NCBI GenBank assembly: GCA_965140785.1
Contig: OZ223519.1
Coordinates: 224,001-288,000 of the forward strand
Reading direction: 5' to 3'
Origin: an uncultured Ruficoccus sp.
GTDB lineage: Bacteria; Verrucomicrobiota; Verrucomicrobiia; Opitutales; Cerasicoccaceae
DNA: 64,000 nt
Positions 54,838 to 64,000 of the stretch are shown piece by piece. The position numbers and the translations under genes are program-made. The notes beneath the pieces were generated by a model that was given only the letters and a program-made list of their open reading frames with translations, was not told the origin of the DNA and searched no databases. Position 1 is the stretch's first letter. Every line of letters starts with the position of its first letter.

Positions 54838-57011
54838 TGACTGCGCCCGACAATCCGCCCACCACGATCCCCGAGGAGGTCTTCCTGCTCGGCATTGGCG
54901 GTATGGGCATGGCTCCGCTGGCGGTTTACCTGTCTCAGTCCGGCTGCCGCGTGCGTGGCTGGGACGACAACCTGAAGCCCTCCGTGCGCGCCTTGCTGGA
55001 GGGGCAGGGTATTGAAATTCTGGATACACCGGCGGCGGACTCCTCCGCGCTCATCGTGCGTTCCAGCGCCGTCGATGAAGATCATCCGCTGCTGGCGAAA
55101 ACCGCCGCCGAGGGCGCCGCGACCTGCCTGCGCCGGGGCGAATTCCTCGCCCGCCTGGCTGCGGACAAGAAGCTGGTCGCGGTCGCCGGCAGCCACGGCA
55201 AGACCACCACGACCGGCATGTTGATCGACATGCTGCGCGACGTGGGTTTCGATTTCAGCTATGTGCTCGGCGGGCTCTTCAACGGCGGTGGCTCGACGCC
55301 CCCGGCGCACTTCTCGGCTTCGTCCCCATGGCTGGTGGCCGAGGTGGACGAGAGCGACGGCACGATTGAGAACTTCGACCCGGCGGTTACGGTGGTGGTC
55401 AACCTCGACTGGGACCACGCCGACCGCTACGCCACCGAGGCCGACCTGCGGGCCACCTTCGAGCGGCTCTTCGCCCGCACGAGCGAGCACATCCTCCTGC
55501 CCGACGGCTTGCCCGGCGCAGAGGATGGGACGGCGGAGGTGATCCGTTTCGAAGCGCCCGGTATCAATTTCAACCTCGATAACGCCAATGCCGCGCTGCA
55601 CGCCTGTCGCCTGATCGCGGGCACCGTGCCGCAGAATCCGCTGGCCCGCTTTCCCGGCATCTGCCGCCGTCAGGACGTGCTTCACCGCGAGCAGCGTATG
55701 CGCGTGATGGCCGACTACGCGCACCACCCGACGGAGATTCGCGCCTTGCTCAATCTCGTTCGCAGCGAATCCGAGGGGCCGGTCTGGGTCGTCTTTCAGC
55801 CGCACCGCTACAGCCGCACGCGGCAGTTCGCGCGCGAGTTCGCGCAGGTGCTCAGCGGGGCCGACCGGGCCTGGGTGCTGCCGGTTTACGCCGCCAGCGA
55901 GCTGCCCGACGCGGGTGGCACGGAGGCGCGCATTCTAGAGGAAGCGCCGGACAAGCTGGAGGCGCTCACCCCGGAGACTTTAAACGCCGTGCTCGACGAG
56001 GCGCTGGCCGGGGAACTGCCCGGAGCGCTGCTTTTCGTCGGGGCCGGAGACATTGACCGGATGGCGGCGCGCTTCGTCCGCGACCGGCAACTGGCCGAGC
56101 GCTGGCGGCAGGAACTTTCCACCGAAGCGGTGCTCAAGCTGGGCGAACCGCTTGCCCGCAAGACCACGATCAAGCTCGGCGGTCCGGCCCGTTTCTACGC
56201 CGAACCGGCCAGCGAGATCGACGTGGCCTACCTGTTGCGCGAAGCCCGCGACGCGGGCCTGCCGGTGCTCCCGCTGGGGCGCGGTTCAAATCTCATCGTG
56301 GCCGACGCTGGATTTGACGGGTTGGCGCTGGGCTTCAAGCACGCCACCTGGCAACGACTCGAACTCGACAGCGAGGGCCGGGTGGTGGCCGGGGCGGGCG
56401 TCCGTCTCAAACAGTTGTGCGCCTTCGCCGCGAAAAACGGTCTGGGCGGTTTCGAGTTTATGGAAGGTATCCCCGGCACCGTCGGCGGCTCCCTGCGCAT
56501 GAACGCCGGGGCCATGGGCGGATGGATGTTCGACCGGGTGGCGACGGTGTGTTTTATCGATGCGGAGGGGACCTTGCAGAGCTGGCCGCGCGAGCGCTTT
56601 CATTTTGGTTATCGGCAGTGCCGGGAGATTGCCCAGGGGCTGGCGCTGCGGGCGGTCTTCACCGGCAGCGAGAGTGGCGAAAGTGTGGCCATCCGCGCCA
56701 CTATGGACAGCTACGCCAGCACCCGCAAGGAGAGCCAGCCGCGCGAACCGAGTGCGGGTTGCATCTTTAAAAATCCCGAGGGCGGCCACGCCGGCAAGCT
56801 CATCGACGACCTGGGCTTGAAGGGCCTGCGCGAGGGCGGGGCAGAGGTCTCCGGCGTGCACGCGAACTTTATCATCAACACCGGCGAAGCGACCGCCAGG
56901 GACGTCATCGCGCTGGTGCGACGCATCCGCGAAATCGCCCGGCGCGAGCGCGGGGTGGAACTGGAGCCGGAGGTCTTGCTGGCCGGCCAGAAGTGGGAGG
57001 ACGTGCTGTGA
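54834..57011 (+). CDS. murC-murB: Fused MurC-MurB
   Basis: MurC: GIGGMGM, GSHGKTTT, DYAHHPTEI, FQPHRYSR. MurB: GRGSNL, GIPGTVGG..MNAGA, PSAGCIFKNP, HANFIIN, LEPEV. Confidence 0.93.
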   Translation: MMTAPDNPPTTIPEEVFLLGIGGMGMAPLAVYLSQSGCRVRGWDDNLKPSVRALLEGQGIEILDTPAADSSALIVRSSAVDEDHPLLAKTAAEGAATCLRRGEFLARLAADKKLVAVAGSHGKTTTTGMLIDMLRDVGFDFSYVLGGLFNGGGSTPPAHFSASSPWLVAEVDESDGTIENFDPAVTVVVNLDWDHADRYATEADLRATFERLFARTSEHILLPDGLPGAEDGTAEVIRFEAPGINFNLDNANAALHACRLIAGTVPQNPLARFPGICRRQDVLHREQRMRVMADYAHHPTEIRALLNLVRSESEGPVWVVFQPHRYSRTRQFAREFAQVLSGADRAWVLPVYAASELPDAGGTEARILEEAPDKLEALTPETLNAVLDEALAGELPGALLFVGAGDIDRMAARFVRDRQLAERWRQELSTEAVLKLGEPLARKTTIKLGGPARFYAEPASEIDVAYLLREARDAGLPVLPLGRGSNLIVADAGFDGLALGFKHATWQRLELDSEGRVVAGAGVRLKQLCAFAAKNGLGGFEFMEGIPGTVGGSLRMNAGAMGGWMFDRVATVCFIDAEGTLQSWPRERFHFGYRQCREIAQGLALRAVFTGSESGESVAIRATMDSYASTRKESQPREPSAGCIFKNPEGGHAGKLIDDLGLKGLREGGAEVSGVHANFIINTGEATARDVIALVRRIREIARRERGVELEPEVLLAGQKWEDVL

Positions 57012-57955
57012 GCACCCCGGCCCAGATCAGCGTCCTGTGCGGCGGCCCCTCCAGCGAACGCGAGGTCTCACTCGTGTCCGGGCGCAGCATCGCCGAGGCC
57101 CTGCGGCAGCACTTCGCGGTCGAGCTGATCGAGTTCGACCAAGCGGCTCTGCCGGCGGGACTGGACCCGGCGAAGACCGTGGTCTTCCCGGCGCTGCATG
57201 GGGAGTTTGGCGAGGACGGCCAGATCCAGGCCCTGTTGGAAGCGGGCGGGTTCGCCTACGCCGGTTCCGGGCCCGCGGCGAGCGCCCTGTGCATGCACAA
57301 GATCGACACCAAGGCAGCAGTGGCGGAGTCGGGCTTTGCGCGGGCGGCGGATTTGACTTTCCTGGCCGAGGACGCGCCCTCGGCGCAGAGCTTGGCCGCC
57401 GAGGTGGGCGAACACCTGGTGCTCAAGCCGGTGGACCAGGGAAGCAGCGTCGGGCTACACATGGTCAGCGGACTGGAGGAGCTGGAGCGGGCGCTGGCCG
57501 CGCTCACGCCGGGCCGCTGGATGGCGGAGGCCTTTGTCACGGGCCGCGAGATGACCATCGGCGTCCTCGACGGCGAGGCGATGGGCATCGTCGAAATCGT
57601 GCCCAAGGGCGGCGTTTACGACTATCAGCACAAGTACACCGCCGGGGCGACCGAGTACCGTTACCCAGCCGAGGTGCCGGATGAATGGGCGGCGCAGTGC
57701 CGCCGTTACGCCGAGCGCGCCTTTGCCGCCTGCGGCTGCCGCGACTTTGGACGGGTGGACTTTATCCTGGCCGCCGACGGGCTCCCGTATTTTCTCGAAA
57801 TCAACACCATCCCCGGCCTGACGCCGACCAGCCTCCTGCCCAAAAGCGCCTCGTGCCGCGGGCTGGAGTTTGCGGAGTTGGCGCGCCGGATGGTCGAGCC
57901 CGCCCTGCGGCGAAAACTGAACCCGCTCCCGAACGCGGCAAACACCCTCAACTGA
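57008..57955 (+). CDS. ddl: D-alanine--D-alanine ligase
   Basis: GGPSSEREVSL, LHGEFGEDG, GSSVG, YDYQHKY, EINTIPG. Confidence 0.95.
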   Translation: MSTPAQISVLCGGPSSEREVSLVSGRSIAEALRQHFAVELIEFDQAALPAGLDPAKTVVFPALHGEFGEDGQIQALLEAGGFAYAGSGPAASALCMHKIDTKAAVAESGFARAADLTFLAEDAPSAQSLAAEVGEHLVLKPVDQGSSVGLHMVSGLEELERALAALTPGRWMAEAFVTGREMTIGVLDGEAMGIVEIVPKGGVYDYQHKYTAGATEYRYPAEVPDEWAAQCRRYAERAFAACGCRDFGRVDFILAADGLPYFLEINTIPGLTPTSLLPKSASCRGLEFAELARRMVEPALRRKLNPLPNAANTLN

Positions 57956-57963
57956 CCTGAGCC

Positions 57964-58890
57964 ATGGCTAAGAAAAAAGCAGCGAAAAAACAATCCTCCT
58001 CCTGGCACAGCATCAAGCAGAGTTCGGCCGGACGCGCCCAGACCAAGGTCGCGCGTAAGCGCCGCTGGGGCATTGGCCTGCGCTGGGTCGGGGCCGCGCT
58101 GGCGATTCTGATTGTCCTGGGCAGCATCGGCGGGGGGCTGTACTTTTTAAACACGAAGACCGAGAAGCTCGCCGTGGTCGGTGCGAGCGGGCCGCTGCGT
58201 AACGTCTACTTTCAGACCGACGGGGTGCTGACGCGCGATTGGCTGATGGAGCGGCTCGATCTGCCGCAGGACATCGCACTGGCCGACGTTAACATCGCGG
58301 CCATCCGCAGCCAGCTTGCCGCCGAGGGGCAGACCCGCGAGGTCTCGGTGGAGAAGCGCTTTCCAGACGCCGTGGTGGTGAGTGTAAAGGAGCGCCGCCC
58401 GATCCTGCGGTTGGTCATCGTGGACGCTTCCGGTCGTCGCGGGCTGCGTCTGGTCGATGCCGAGGGGCAGGTGTATCAGGGGGCCCACTACGCCGCCGAC
58501 CAGTTGGAGCCGCTGCCGTTCCTCGATGTCTCCTCGATCGAGCGGGAGGGCGAGGGCTACGCGCCGGTGGCCGGGGTGGAGACGGTTTGGGAGCTGATGC
58601 AGGTGGCCAGCCAGGGCTACCCGGAGATTTTCAAGGAGTGGCGCATCCTCTCGGTGCGCAACTTCAACGGCGACCCCGAGGAGCTGGGCGCGACGATCTC
58701 CGTCATCACCCGCGGCAAGGAAGAACTGGTTTTTGCCCCCGAGGGATTCGACAAGCAACTCTCGCGCCTGCGGACGATTTACGCCCACCTCGAAGAAAAT
58801 GCGGTCGGGCCGGTCCGACGGGTTGACCTCAGCTTCCAGGAACCCATTATCAAGCTGGCCCAGGCGCAGGGCCGGCGCACCTATCGCTAA
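57964..58890 (+). CDS. ftsQ: Cell division protein FtsQ/DivIB
   Basis: TM helix, POTRA (KRFPD..VSVKERRP), LVDAEG, VDLSF; between ddl and ftsA. Confidence 0.85.
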   Translation: MAKKKAAKKQSSSWHSIKQSSAGRAQTKVARKRRWGIGLRWVGAALAILIVLGSIGGGLYFLNTKTEKLAVVGASGPLRNVYFQTDGVLTRDWLMERLDLPQDIALADVNIAAIRSQLAAEGQTREVSVEKRFPDAVVVSVKERRPILRLVIVDASGRRGLRLVDAEGQVYQGAHYAADQLEPLPFLDVSSIEREGEGYAPVAGVETVWELMQVASQGYPEIFKEWRILSVRNFNGDPEELGATISVITRGKEELVFAPEGFDKQLSRLRTIYAHLEENAVGPVRRVDLSFQEPIIKLAQAQGRRTYR

Positions 58891-58908
58891 CCGATAACGC
58901 ATGATCCC

Positions 58909-60120
58909 ATGAGCCAAAGCAAAATCGTAGGAGCCGTCGAAATCGGGACCACCCATGTGGTGGCGCTGATCGGAGAGATCGTCAACGGGCGCAGCTTGAA
59001 CCTGATCGGGATGGCCGAGAGCTCTGCTGCCGGGGTTAAAAAGGGCGAGATCATGGACTTTCGCGCCGCCAGCAACAGCGTGCATGCTGCCATCATGGGG
59101 GCGGAGAAAAGCGCGGGCGTGCAGGTCGAGGCGGTTTATCTTTCGCAGACCGGGGGGCATTTGCAGGGCTTTCATCATGTCGGCTCGGTCAACGTCTCCT
59201 CCTCGGACAACCGCGTCTCACGCGCCGACATGCAGCGCGTGATCGAGGATGCCAAGGGCAAGGAACTGTCCGCCGAGCGCGTGTACATTCACCACATCAA
59301 GCACGGCTTCCGCCTCGACGGCGAGCCGGTGGCCGATCCGCTCGACCAGGTTGGCGAGAAGCTCGAGGTCAGCTACTGGTCCGCCCACGGGGCGGAGGAT
59401 CGCGTGCGCGACCACATTCACATTATTAACGGTTTCGGCCTGCCGGTGGAGGACATGATTCTCTCCAGCATCGCTACTGCCAGCATGGTGGCGACCGCCG
59501 AGGACAAGCGCCGCGGCGCGCTCGTGCTCGACATGGGCGGGGGCACGACGGATTGGGCGATTTACCGCGACGGGGTCATTATGCGCACCGGCGTGGTGCC
59601 GGTCGGCGGCGACCACTTAACCAACGACCTTACCCTCGGCCTGCGGGTCAACCGCAAGTACGCCGAGAAGCTCAAGAAGCAGTTCGGCAAGGCTTTTGTG
59701 GAAAAGGACGACAAGGGGGAAAAGGTCTGGATGGTGGGCGACCAGATGATCGGCGACCGCTACCTCTCTCGCCAGTCGCTGGTGCAGATCCTCCAACTGC
59801 GCCTGGAGGAGGTCTTCCAGATTTTAAAGCAACAGCTCGGCGAATTCTGCTCCGAGGAGATGCTCCCGTGCGGGGTAGTGCTCAGCGGCGGGGCCTCGGT
59901 CCTGCCGGGTCTGCCCGAGCTGGCGGGGAAGATTCTCGGTCTGCCCGTGCGCATCGGCAGCAACCCGGATTGGGTGCGGGAGGACTTGCGCGGTCCCGGC
60001 TACAGCACGGCCCTGGGCCTGATGCACTACGCGCTGACCGGCCAGCATCAGGAGGAGTTCACGGCCCCGCCGCCGGAAAAGGGACTCATGAAAAAAGTGG
60101 GCAAGCTCTTCTCAATTTAA
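58909..60120 (+). CDS. ftsA: Cell division protein FtsA
   Basis: EIGTTHV, GVKKG, DMGGGTT, GGDHLTNDL, AEKLK, amphipathic C-terminus. Confidence 0.95.
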   Translation: MSQSKIVGAVEIGTTHVVALIGEIVNGRSLNLIGMAESSAAGVKKGEIMDFRAASNSVHAAIMGAEKSAGVQVEAVYLSQTGGHLQGFHHVGSVNVSSSDNRVSRADMQRVIEDAKGKELSAERVYIHHIKHGFRLDGEPVADPLDQVGEKLEVSYWSAHGAEDRVRDHIHIINGFGLPVEDMILSSIATASMVATAEDKRRGALVLDMGGGTTDWAIYRDGVIMRTGVVPVGGDHLTNDLTLGLRVNRKYAEKLKKQFGKAFVEKDDKGEKVWMVGDQMIGDRYLSRQSLVQILQLRLEEVFQILKQQLGEFCSEEMLPCGVVLSGGASVLPGLPELAGKILGLPVRIGSNPDWVREDLRGPGYSTALGLMHYALTGQHQEEFTAPPPEKGLMKKVGKLFSI

Positions 60121-60140
60121 ACCAACCCGGAGCACGCACG

Positions 60141-61439
60141 ATGGACGCAGACAATTTTGGCAAACAGGACGGGATGTTCAGCGGCGAACTGGCCGAGGAA
60201 TCCACGCGGATCAAGATCATCGGGGTCGGCGGCGCTGGCACCAATGCCGTGGACCGGCTCCAGCTCGACCGCAGCGGGTCGGTCAAGCTCGCGGCCATCA
60301 ACACCGATGCGCAGGCGCTGGCCAGCTCCCCTCTGCCGGAGAAGCTCATGATCGGCCGCAAGGTGACACGCGGTCTCAGCACCGGGGGCGAAGGCGAGCT
60401 GGGCAAGAAGGCCGCCGAGGCCGACGCCGACGGCATTCGCAATCTGCTGCGTGGGATGGACATGATCTTTCTGCTGGCCGGGCTGGGCGGGGGAACCGGC
60501 AGCGGTGCCGCCCCGGTCGTGGCCAAGCTGGCCGCCGAAGAGGGCGCGCTCGTCATCGCTTTTGTCACGCTGCCTTTTACCATCGAGGGGGCCAAGCGCC
60601 ACCAGCAAGCCGAGGACGCCCTGGGCGACTTGCGCAAGAGCTGCGACGCGGTGATTCCGCTCCCCAACGACCTGCTCATGCAGATGCTCGACGACAAGGC
60701 CACCGTGCTCGACGCCTTCACCCAGGCCGACATCTGGATTGACCGTGGCGTGCGCTCGATCTGCACCATGCTTTCGCAGACCGGCCTGATCAACCTCGAC
60801 TTCGCCACGCTGCGCAAGGCCTTCTGCAACCAGGGGGGCAAGACGCTCTTCGGGCTCGGCCACGGCGAGGGCGAGGACTACGTGGCCGCCGCCATTGAGG
60901 ATTTAAAAGCCTGCCCGCTGCTCAATCTGCCCGAGTACGCCCGCAAGGCCGACCGCCTGCTGGTCAATATCGTCGGCGGGACGGATCTGGGCATCCGCCA
61001 GGTCAACGAGATCATGAGCGTGGTGACGGAGAAGTTCGGCAGCCGCGAGAACACGATTCTGGGGGCGGTCATCGACGAGAGCCACCAGCGGCGGGTGGAT
61101 ATCTGCGTCATCGGCACCACCGATGTCGCCGGGAGTCGCTACGTGCGCACGGTCACGCGCCAGCCTGCTGCCGCCCCTGCCTCCGCTCCGGTGGAGGACG
61201 AAGAGGCCGACGAACCCGTCCTGCGCACCGCATCGGCCACCCAGAACGTGCATCCCGTCCACCGCTCCAAGCTGAAGAAGTCCCAGTCCCAGGCCGACGC
61301 GGAGTCCCAGGAGGAGTTCATGTTCGTTTCCGAGGAGGAGCAGCGCGGATATTTTGATAAAACCGAGCGCAATATCTACGAAGGTGAAGATCTGGACGTG
61401 CCGACCTTCATGCGCCGGGGCGTGCGTATCGCCGTTTAG
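60141..61439 (+). CDS. ftsZ: Cell division protein FtsZ (divergent T7 loop)
   Basis: GVGGAG, NTDAQ, GGGTGSG signature, GLINLDFAT, C-terminal DLDVPTFMRR. Confidence 0.95.
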   Translation: MDADNFGKQDGMFSGELAEESTRIKIIGVGGAGTNAVDRLQLDRSGSVKLAAINTDAQALASSPLPEKLMIGRKVTRGLSTGGEGELGKKAAEADADGIRNLLRGMDMIFLLAGLGGGTGSGAAPVVAKLAAEEGALVIAFVTLPFTIEGAKRHQQAEDALGDLRKSCDAVIPLPNDLLMQMLDDKATVLDAFTQADIWIDRGVRSICTMLSQTGLINLDFATLRKAFCNQGGKTLFGLGHGEGEDYVAAAIEDLKACPLLNLPEYARKADRLLVNIVGGTDLGIRQVNEIMSVVTEKFGSRENTILGAVIDESHQRRVDICVIGTTDVAGSRYVRTVTRQPAAAPASAPVEDEEADEPVLRTASATQNVHPVHRSKLKKSQSQADAESQEEFMFVSEEEQRGYFDKTERNIYEGEDLDVPTFMRRGVRIAV

Positions 61440-61493
61440 GCACACAGCTTTGTCTTGATGGCCAGCGCGTTGCGCATTATGGCGTAAGGTCGA

Positions 61494-61530
61494 TTGATGG
61501 CTCCTAACGCTTTTTTAGAATGAATATAAA
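61494..61530 (+). promoter_or_regulatory. Promoter with overlapping Per/Fur-family box
   Basis: TTGATG-16 bp-TAGAAT; TTAGAATGAATATAA (61515-61529) matches the PerR box TTATAATnATTATAA at 12/14. Confidence 0.55.
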
Positions 61531-61595
61531 TAAAGGGCTTCCGGCCCTTGCCAAGCGATGGGGATGGCCGCATATTTGAGGAAAGCTTTTTTTCC

Positions 61596-62027
61596 ATGCC
61601 ACACGACAAGCCCCGTATAGACGACGCCATTGATATTTTGCGCCGTGAGCATTACCGAATCACCGAGCCGCGCAAGGCCATGCTGGCCGTACTCGTCGAA
61701 GAATCCAAGCCGCTCTCTGCCGAGCAGGTCCACCAGATGGTGGGCGCTGAGAAGGCCGATCTGGTCACCGTTTACCGCAGCCTGGAGGCCTTCGAGAAGG
61801 CAGGGATCGTGCAGCGCTTCAACCTCGAGTCCGGCAAGGCGCTCTACGAACTGGTGGAGGAGAACCACCACTACCACCACATTATCTGCCGCAAGTGCCA
61901 CCGGGCCGAGAAGCTCGACTTCTGTGAGGCCGAAAAGCTCGAAGCCCTGGCCAAGAATCTCGGCTACGAGGATGTCAACCACGTGCTCGAACTCTACGGC
62001 GTGTGCGAGGATTGCCGCGGCCACTAG
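61596..62027 (+). CDS. Fur family transcriptional repressor (Fur/Zur/PerR)
   Basis: RITEPR, TVYRSL, HHYHHIICRKC and C-terminal GVCEDC. Confidence 0.92.
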   Translation: MPHDKPRIDDAIDILRREHYRITEPRKAMLAVLVEESKPLSAEQVHQMVGAEKADLVTVYRSLEAFEKAGIVQRFNLESGKALYELVEENHHYHHIICRKCHRAEKLDFCEAEKLEALAKNLGYEDVNHVLELYGVCEDCRGH

Positions 62028-62170
62028 GCCGTGACCTGAGCAGGTTTGCGGACAGTGCCTAGGCCGGCAAGGGTGTCCTTGGCGCGGCAAATAACCGGGC
62101 CACAAACTGGGCGCGCTTGTCTTTTAACATTGTCCAGCCAGTGGGGTGGAGCTAGGGATGTTGGCCGACC

Positions 62171-62524
62171 ATGATCGCCCCGAAGGAAGCTTTTAGGAAG
62201 AAGCAGCCGCCGCGTTTCCGCGTCGGCCAAGTGGTGCGGCATACCCGCTACGGTTATCGTGGGGTGGTGGTCGCTTTCGATCATACCTGCCAGGCTTCGG
62301 AGGCCTGGTACATGCACAACCAGACCCAACCGGAGCGCAAGCAGCCCTGGTACCACGTGCTGGTGGACGGCTCGACGTACTCCACCTATGCGGCCCAGAC
62401 GAGCCTGACCGAGGACGACTCGGGAGAGTGCATCATCCACCCGTGGACGGAGTTGTACTTTTCCGACTTCGACAACGGTCGCTATACCCGCAACAAGACA
62501 CCCTGGCCCCACGGGGCTCCGTGA
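62171..62524 (+). CDS. hspQ: Heat shock protein HspQ / YccV-like
   Basis: FRVGQVVRH..YGYRGVVV, QPWYHVLVD, IIHP. Confidence 0.88.
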   Translation: MIAPKEAFRKKQPPRFRVGQVVRHTRYGYRGVVVAFDHTCQASEAWYMHNQTQPERKQPWYHVLVDGSTYSTYAAQTSLTEDDSGECIIHPWTELYFSDFDNGRYTRNKTPWPHGAP

Positions 62525-62628
62525 GGTTGTTTGGATAGCGGCATCCGGGACAGGAGCCTTTCTAGCTCCGATGGGACGAAGCTTCATCCGGATATGAGCG
62601 AGTATCCAGGGTACTTGGCATGCCCGGC

Positions 62629-63639
62629 CTAGGAGCCTTCGACCGGCTCGATCACGATGATGGGCGGCGGGGAGTTCTGCTCGGGGTGAGTGGCGGTACC
62701 GGATTGAGCGGGTGGGCTACCGGGGCCGTTCAGTGCCTGGTCGAGCGCGGCTTCCAGCTCGTATTCTTCGAGCAGGGCGGTCACTTCGGGGTCCTGGGCG
62801 AGCGTGAGAATACGGGGGTGACTCATCAACCGGTGAATGTCCCGCTCCTCGGCCAGGGTGGCGATTTCCTCGTCGGCCAGGAGTTCCTTGACCTGCGGAT
62901 CGTCGAGCAGCCGGCGGGTTTCGGGCTGATTGGTCATGCGCTGGAGCGCCGCCGGGTCGCTCAAGACACGGATCATCTTGTCGGTGAGGCGGTAGGTCTT
63001 GTCCGGTACCGGATCGATTTTGGCGATGGCGCCTTCGCCGGGCAGGGTTTCCAGGGAGGAGTTGAGCCGGACGATCCAAGCCAGCGAATCCAGCGCGAGC
63101 TGGGTTTCGGCGGGTATCTCAAGCGAGTCCTCCTCCTGCGAACGGGTTTCCAGCAGCGGGCCGTATCCCCGGATGAAGCTTTCCCCGAGATGGCCCACGA
63201 TGCGAATCATGACCAGGATGAGCAGCACGCTGAGCAGGCCCAGCACCAGACCGGCAACGGCACCGCCGATGCCGACCATGCGCTTGAGCTCGGGGTCCTC
63301 AACCTTGCGGGTGGGGCGAAAGACGATCATCCCGATCAGGCTGAAAACCACGCTGAAAAGTACGAAGCCGCCGAAGCCGCCGATGACCCGCAGAACGGCG
63401 GGCGGGTAGGACAGAAACTGTCCGGCCAGCATACCCCAGAAATCCGCCGCGAAGTAACCGACGCATACCCCGCCGATCAGAGCGATGACGCCGAAGCTCT
63501 TGCGGCCCAGCCCTTCGCGGCGTCCGTCCCAGATGCTCAGGATAATAAAGAGGGCGCACAGCGCGAGAAAGCCGATGCGCAGGTTGGGGTTGGCGGACAG
63601 ATCCGGCATCTGCCAAGCCAGAGAAACGGGGGAAATCAT
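62629..63639 (-). CDS. CvpA family membrane protein with extended helical C-terminus
   Basis: WDGRREGL, four TM helices, GGAVAGLVLG. Confidence 0.7.
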   Translation of the reverse strand: MISPVSLAWQMPDLSANPNLRIGFLALCALFIILSIWDGRREGLGRKSFGVIALIGGVCVGYFAADFWGMLAGQFLSYPPAVLRVIGGFGGFVLFSVVFSLIGMIVFRPTRKVEDPELKRMVGIGGAVAGLVLGLLSVLLILVMIRIVGHLGESFIRGYGPLLETRSQEEDSLEIPAETQLALDSLAWIVRLNSSLETLPGEGAIAKIDPVPDKTYRLTDKMIRVLSDPAALQRMTNQPETRRLLDDPQVKELLADEEIATLAEERDIHRLMSHPRILTLAQDPEVTALLEEYELEAALDQALNGPGSPPAQSGTATHPEQNSPPPIIVIEPVEGS

Positions 63640-63795
63640 AGGTTTTCATCTATCATATGGAGGGAAATTGCCAACTTTTTAGCGGCGTTATTTTGCGCGC
63701 ACGTATTCGCGGGGCACCTTCGCCCGGAGGGAAAATTAATCCGGTTTGCGAACCGACGGCTTGCGGCGGGGGCGGGTTGCCGCTTGCATGGAGCT

Positions 63796-64000
63796 ATGAA
63801 TTTACGTGAGTTCGGGGAAGTTTTGGAGCTGTCCGTCAGCCCGTCCATTATCATTTCGGCCTGCGGGTTGCTTATGCTCAGTATGACGAACCGCTTCGGG
63901 CGGGCCATTGACCGGGCGCGCCTGCTGGTGCGCGAGCGGCCCCACGCCGAGGGCGCCACCCTGAAAAGCATCCTCGCGCAAATGGACATCCTGCGCCAGC
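63796..64000 (+). CDS. DUF2721-like membrane protein (3' truncated)
   Basis: Not in the ORF track; translates as MNLREFGEVLELSVSPSIIISACGLLMLSMTNRFGRAIDRAR. Confidence 0.75.
   Translation, partial: MNLREFGEVLELSVSPSIIISACGLLMLSMTNRFGRAIDRARLLVRERPHAEGATLKSILAQMDILRQ

Noticed and set aside
59553..60140. Long N-terminal extension or fusion on FtsZ (628-aa ORF)
   Set aside because: Overlaps ftsA in another frame; the likely start is ATG 60141
1..64000. CRISPR arrays, tRNA/rRNA, transposases, prophage or defence genes
   Set aside because: None recognised; intergenic regions are short and show no repeat-spacer pattern or cloverleaf

Overview
GC-rich bacterial chromosome segment, most likely Verrucomicrobiota (Opitutales-like). 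The evidence is PEP-CTERM proteins, a Verru_Chthon/PilX-like giant protein, a MurC-MurB fusion and a LysM gene inside the dcw cluster. (1) About 1-30.3 kb is a regulator-rich polysaccharide-utilisation region. It holds GH3, a sulfatase, a heparinase II/III-like lyase, GH105/88, a BNR-4 protein, an MFS sugar transporter, kduD and other dehydrogenases, an RraA-like aldolase, two PEP-CTERM proteins, a PilX-like protein with a partner, and 2 LacI, 2 AraC and 1 IclR regulators. (2) About 30.3-42 kb holds a MocR regulator, ankyrin-catalase-oxyR, a nucleotidyltransferase, a 7-TM microbial-rhodopsin homologue lacking the retinal-binding lysine, an epimerase, a porin, a hairpin-rich intergenic region, nadK and tlyA. 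(3) About 42-61.4 kb is a full dcw cluster (mraZ to ftsZ), with an extra small ORF and an FtsZ lacking the T7-loop catalytic Asp. (4) The end holds fur-like, hspQ, cvpA-like and a partial DUF2721 gene. No rRNA, tRNA, CRISPR array or transposase was seen. All family calls come from motif recognition by eye; no database searches were run.
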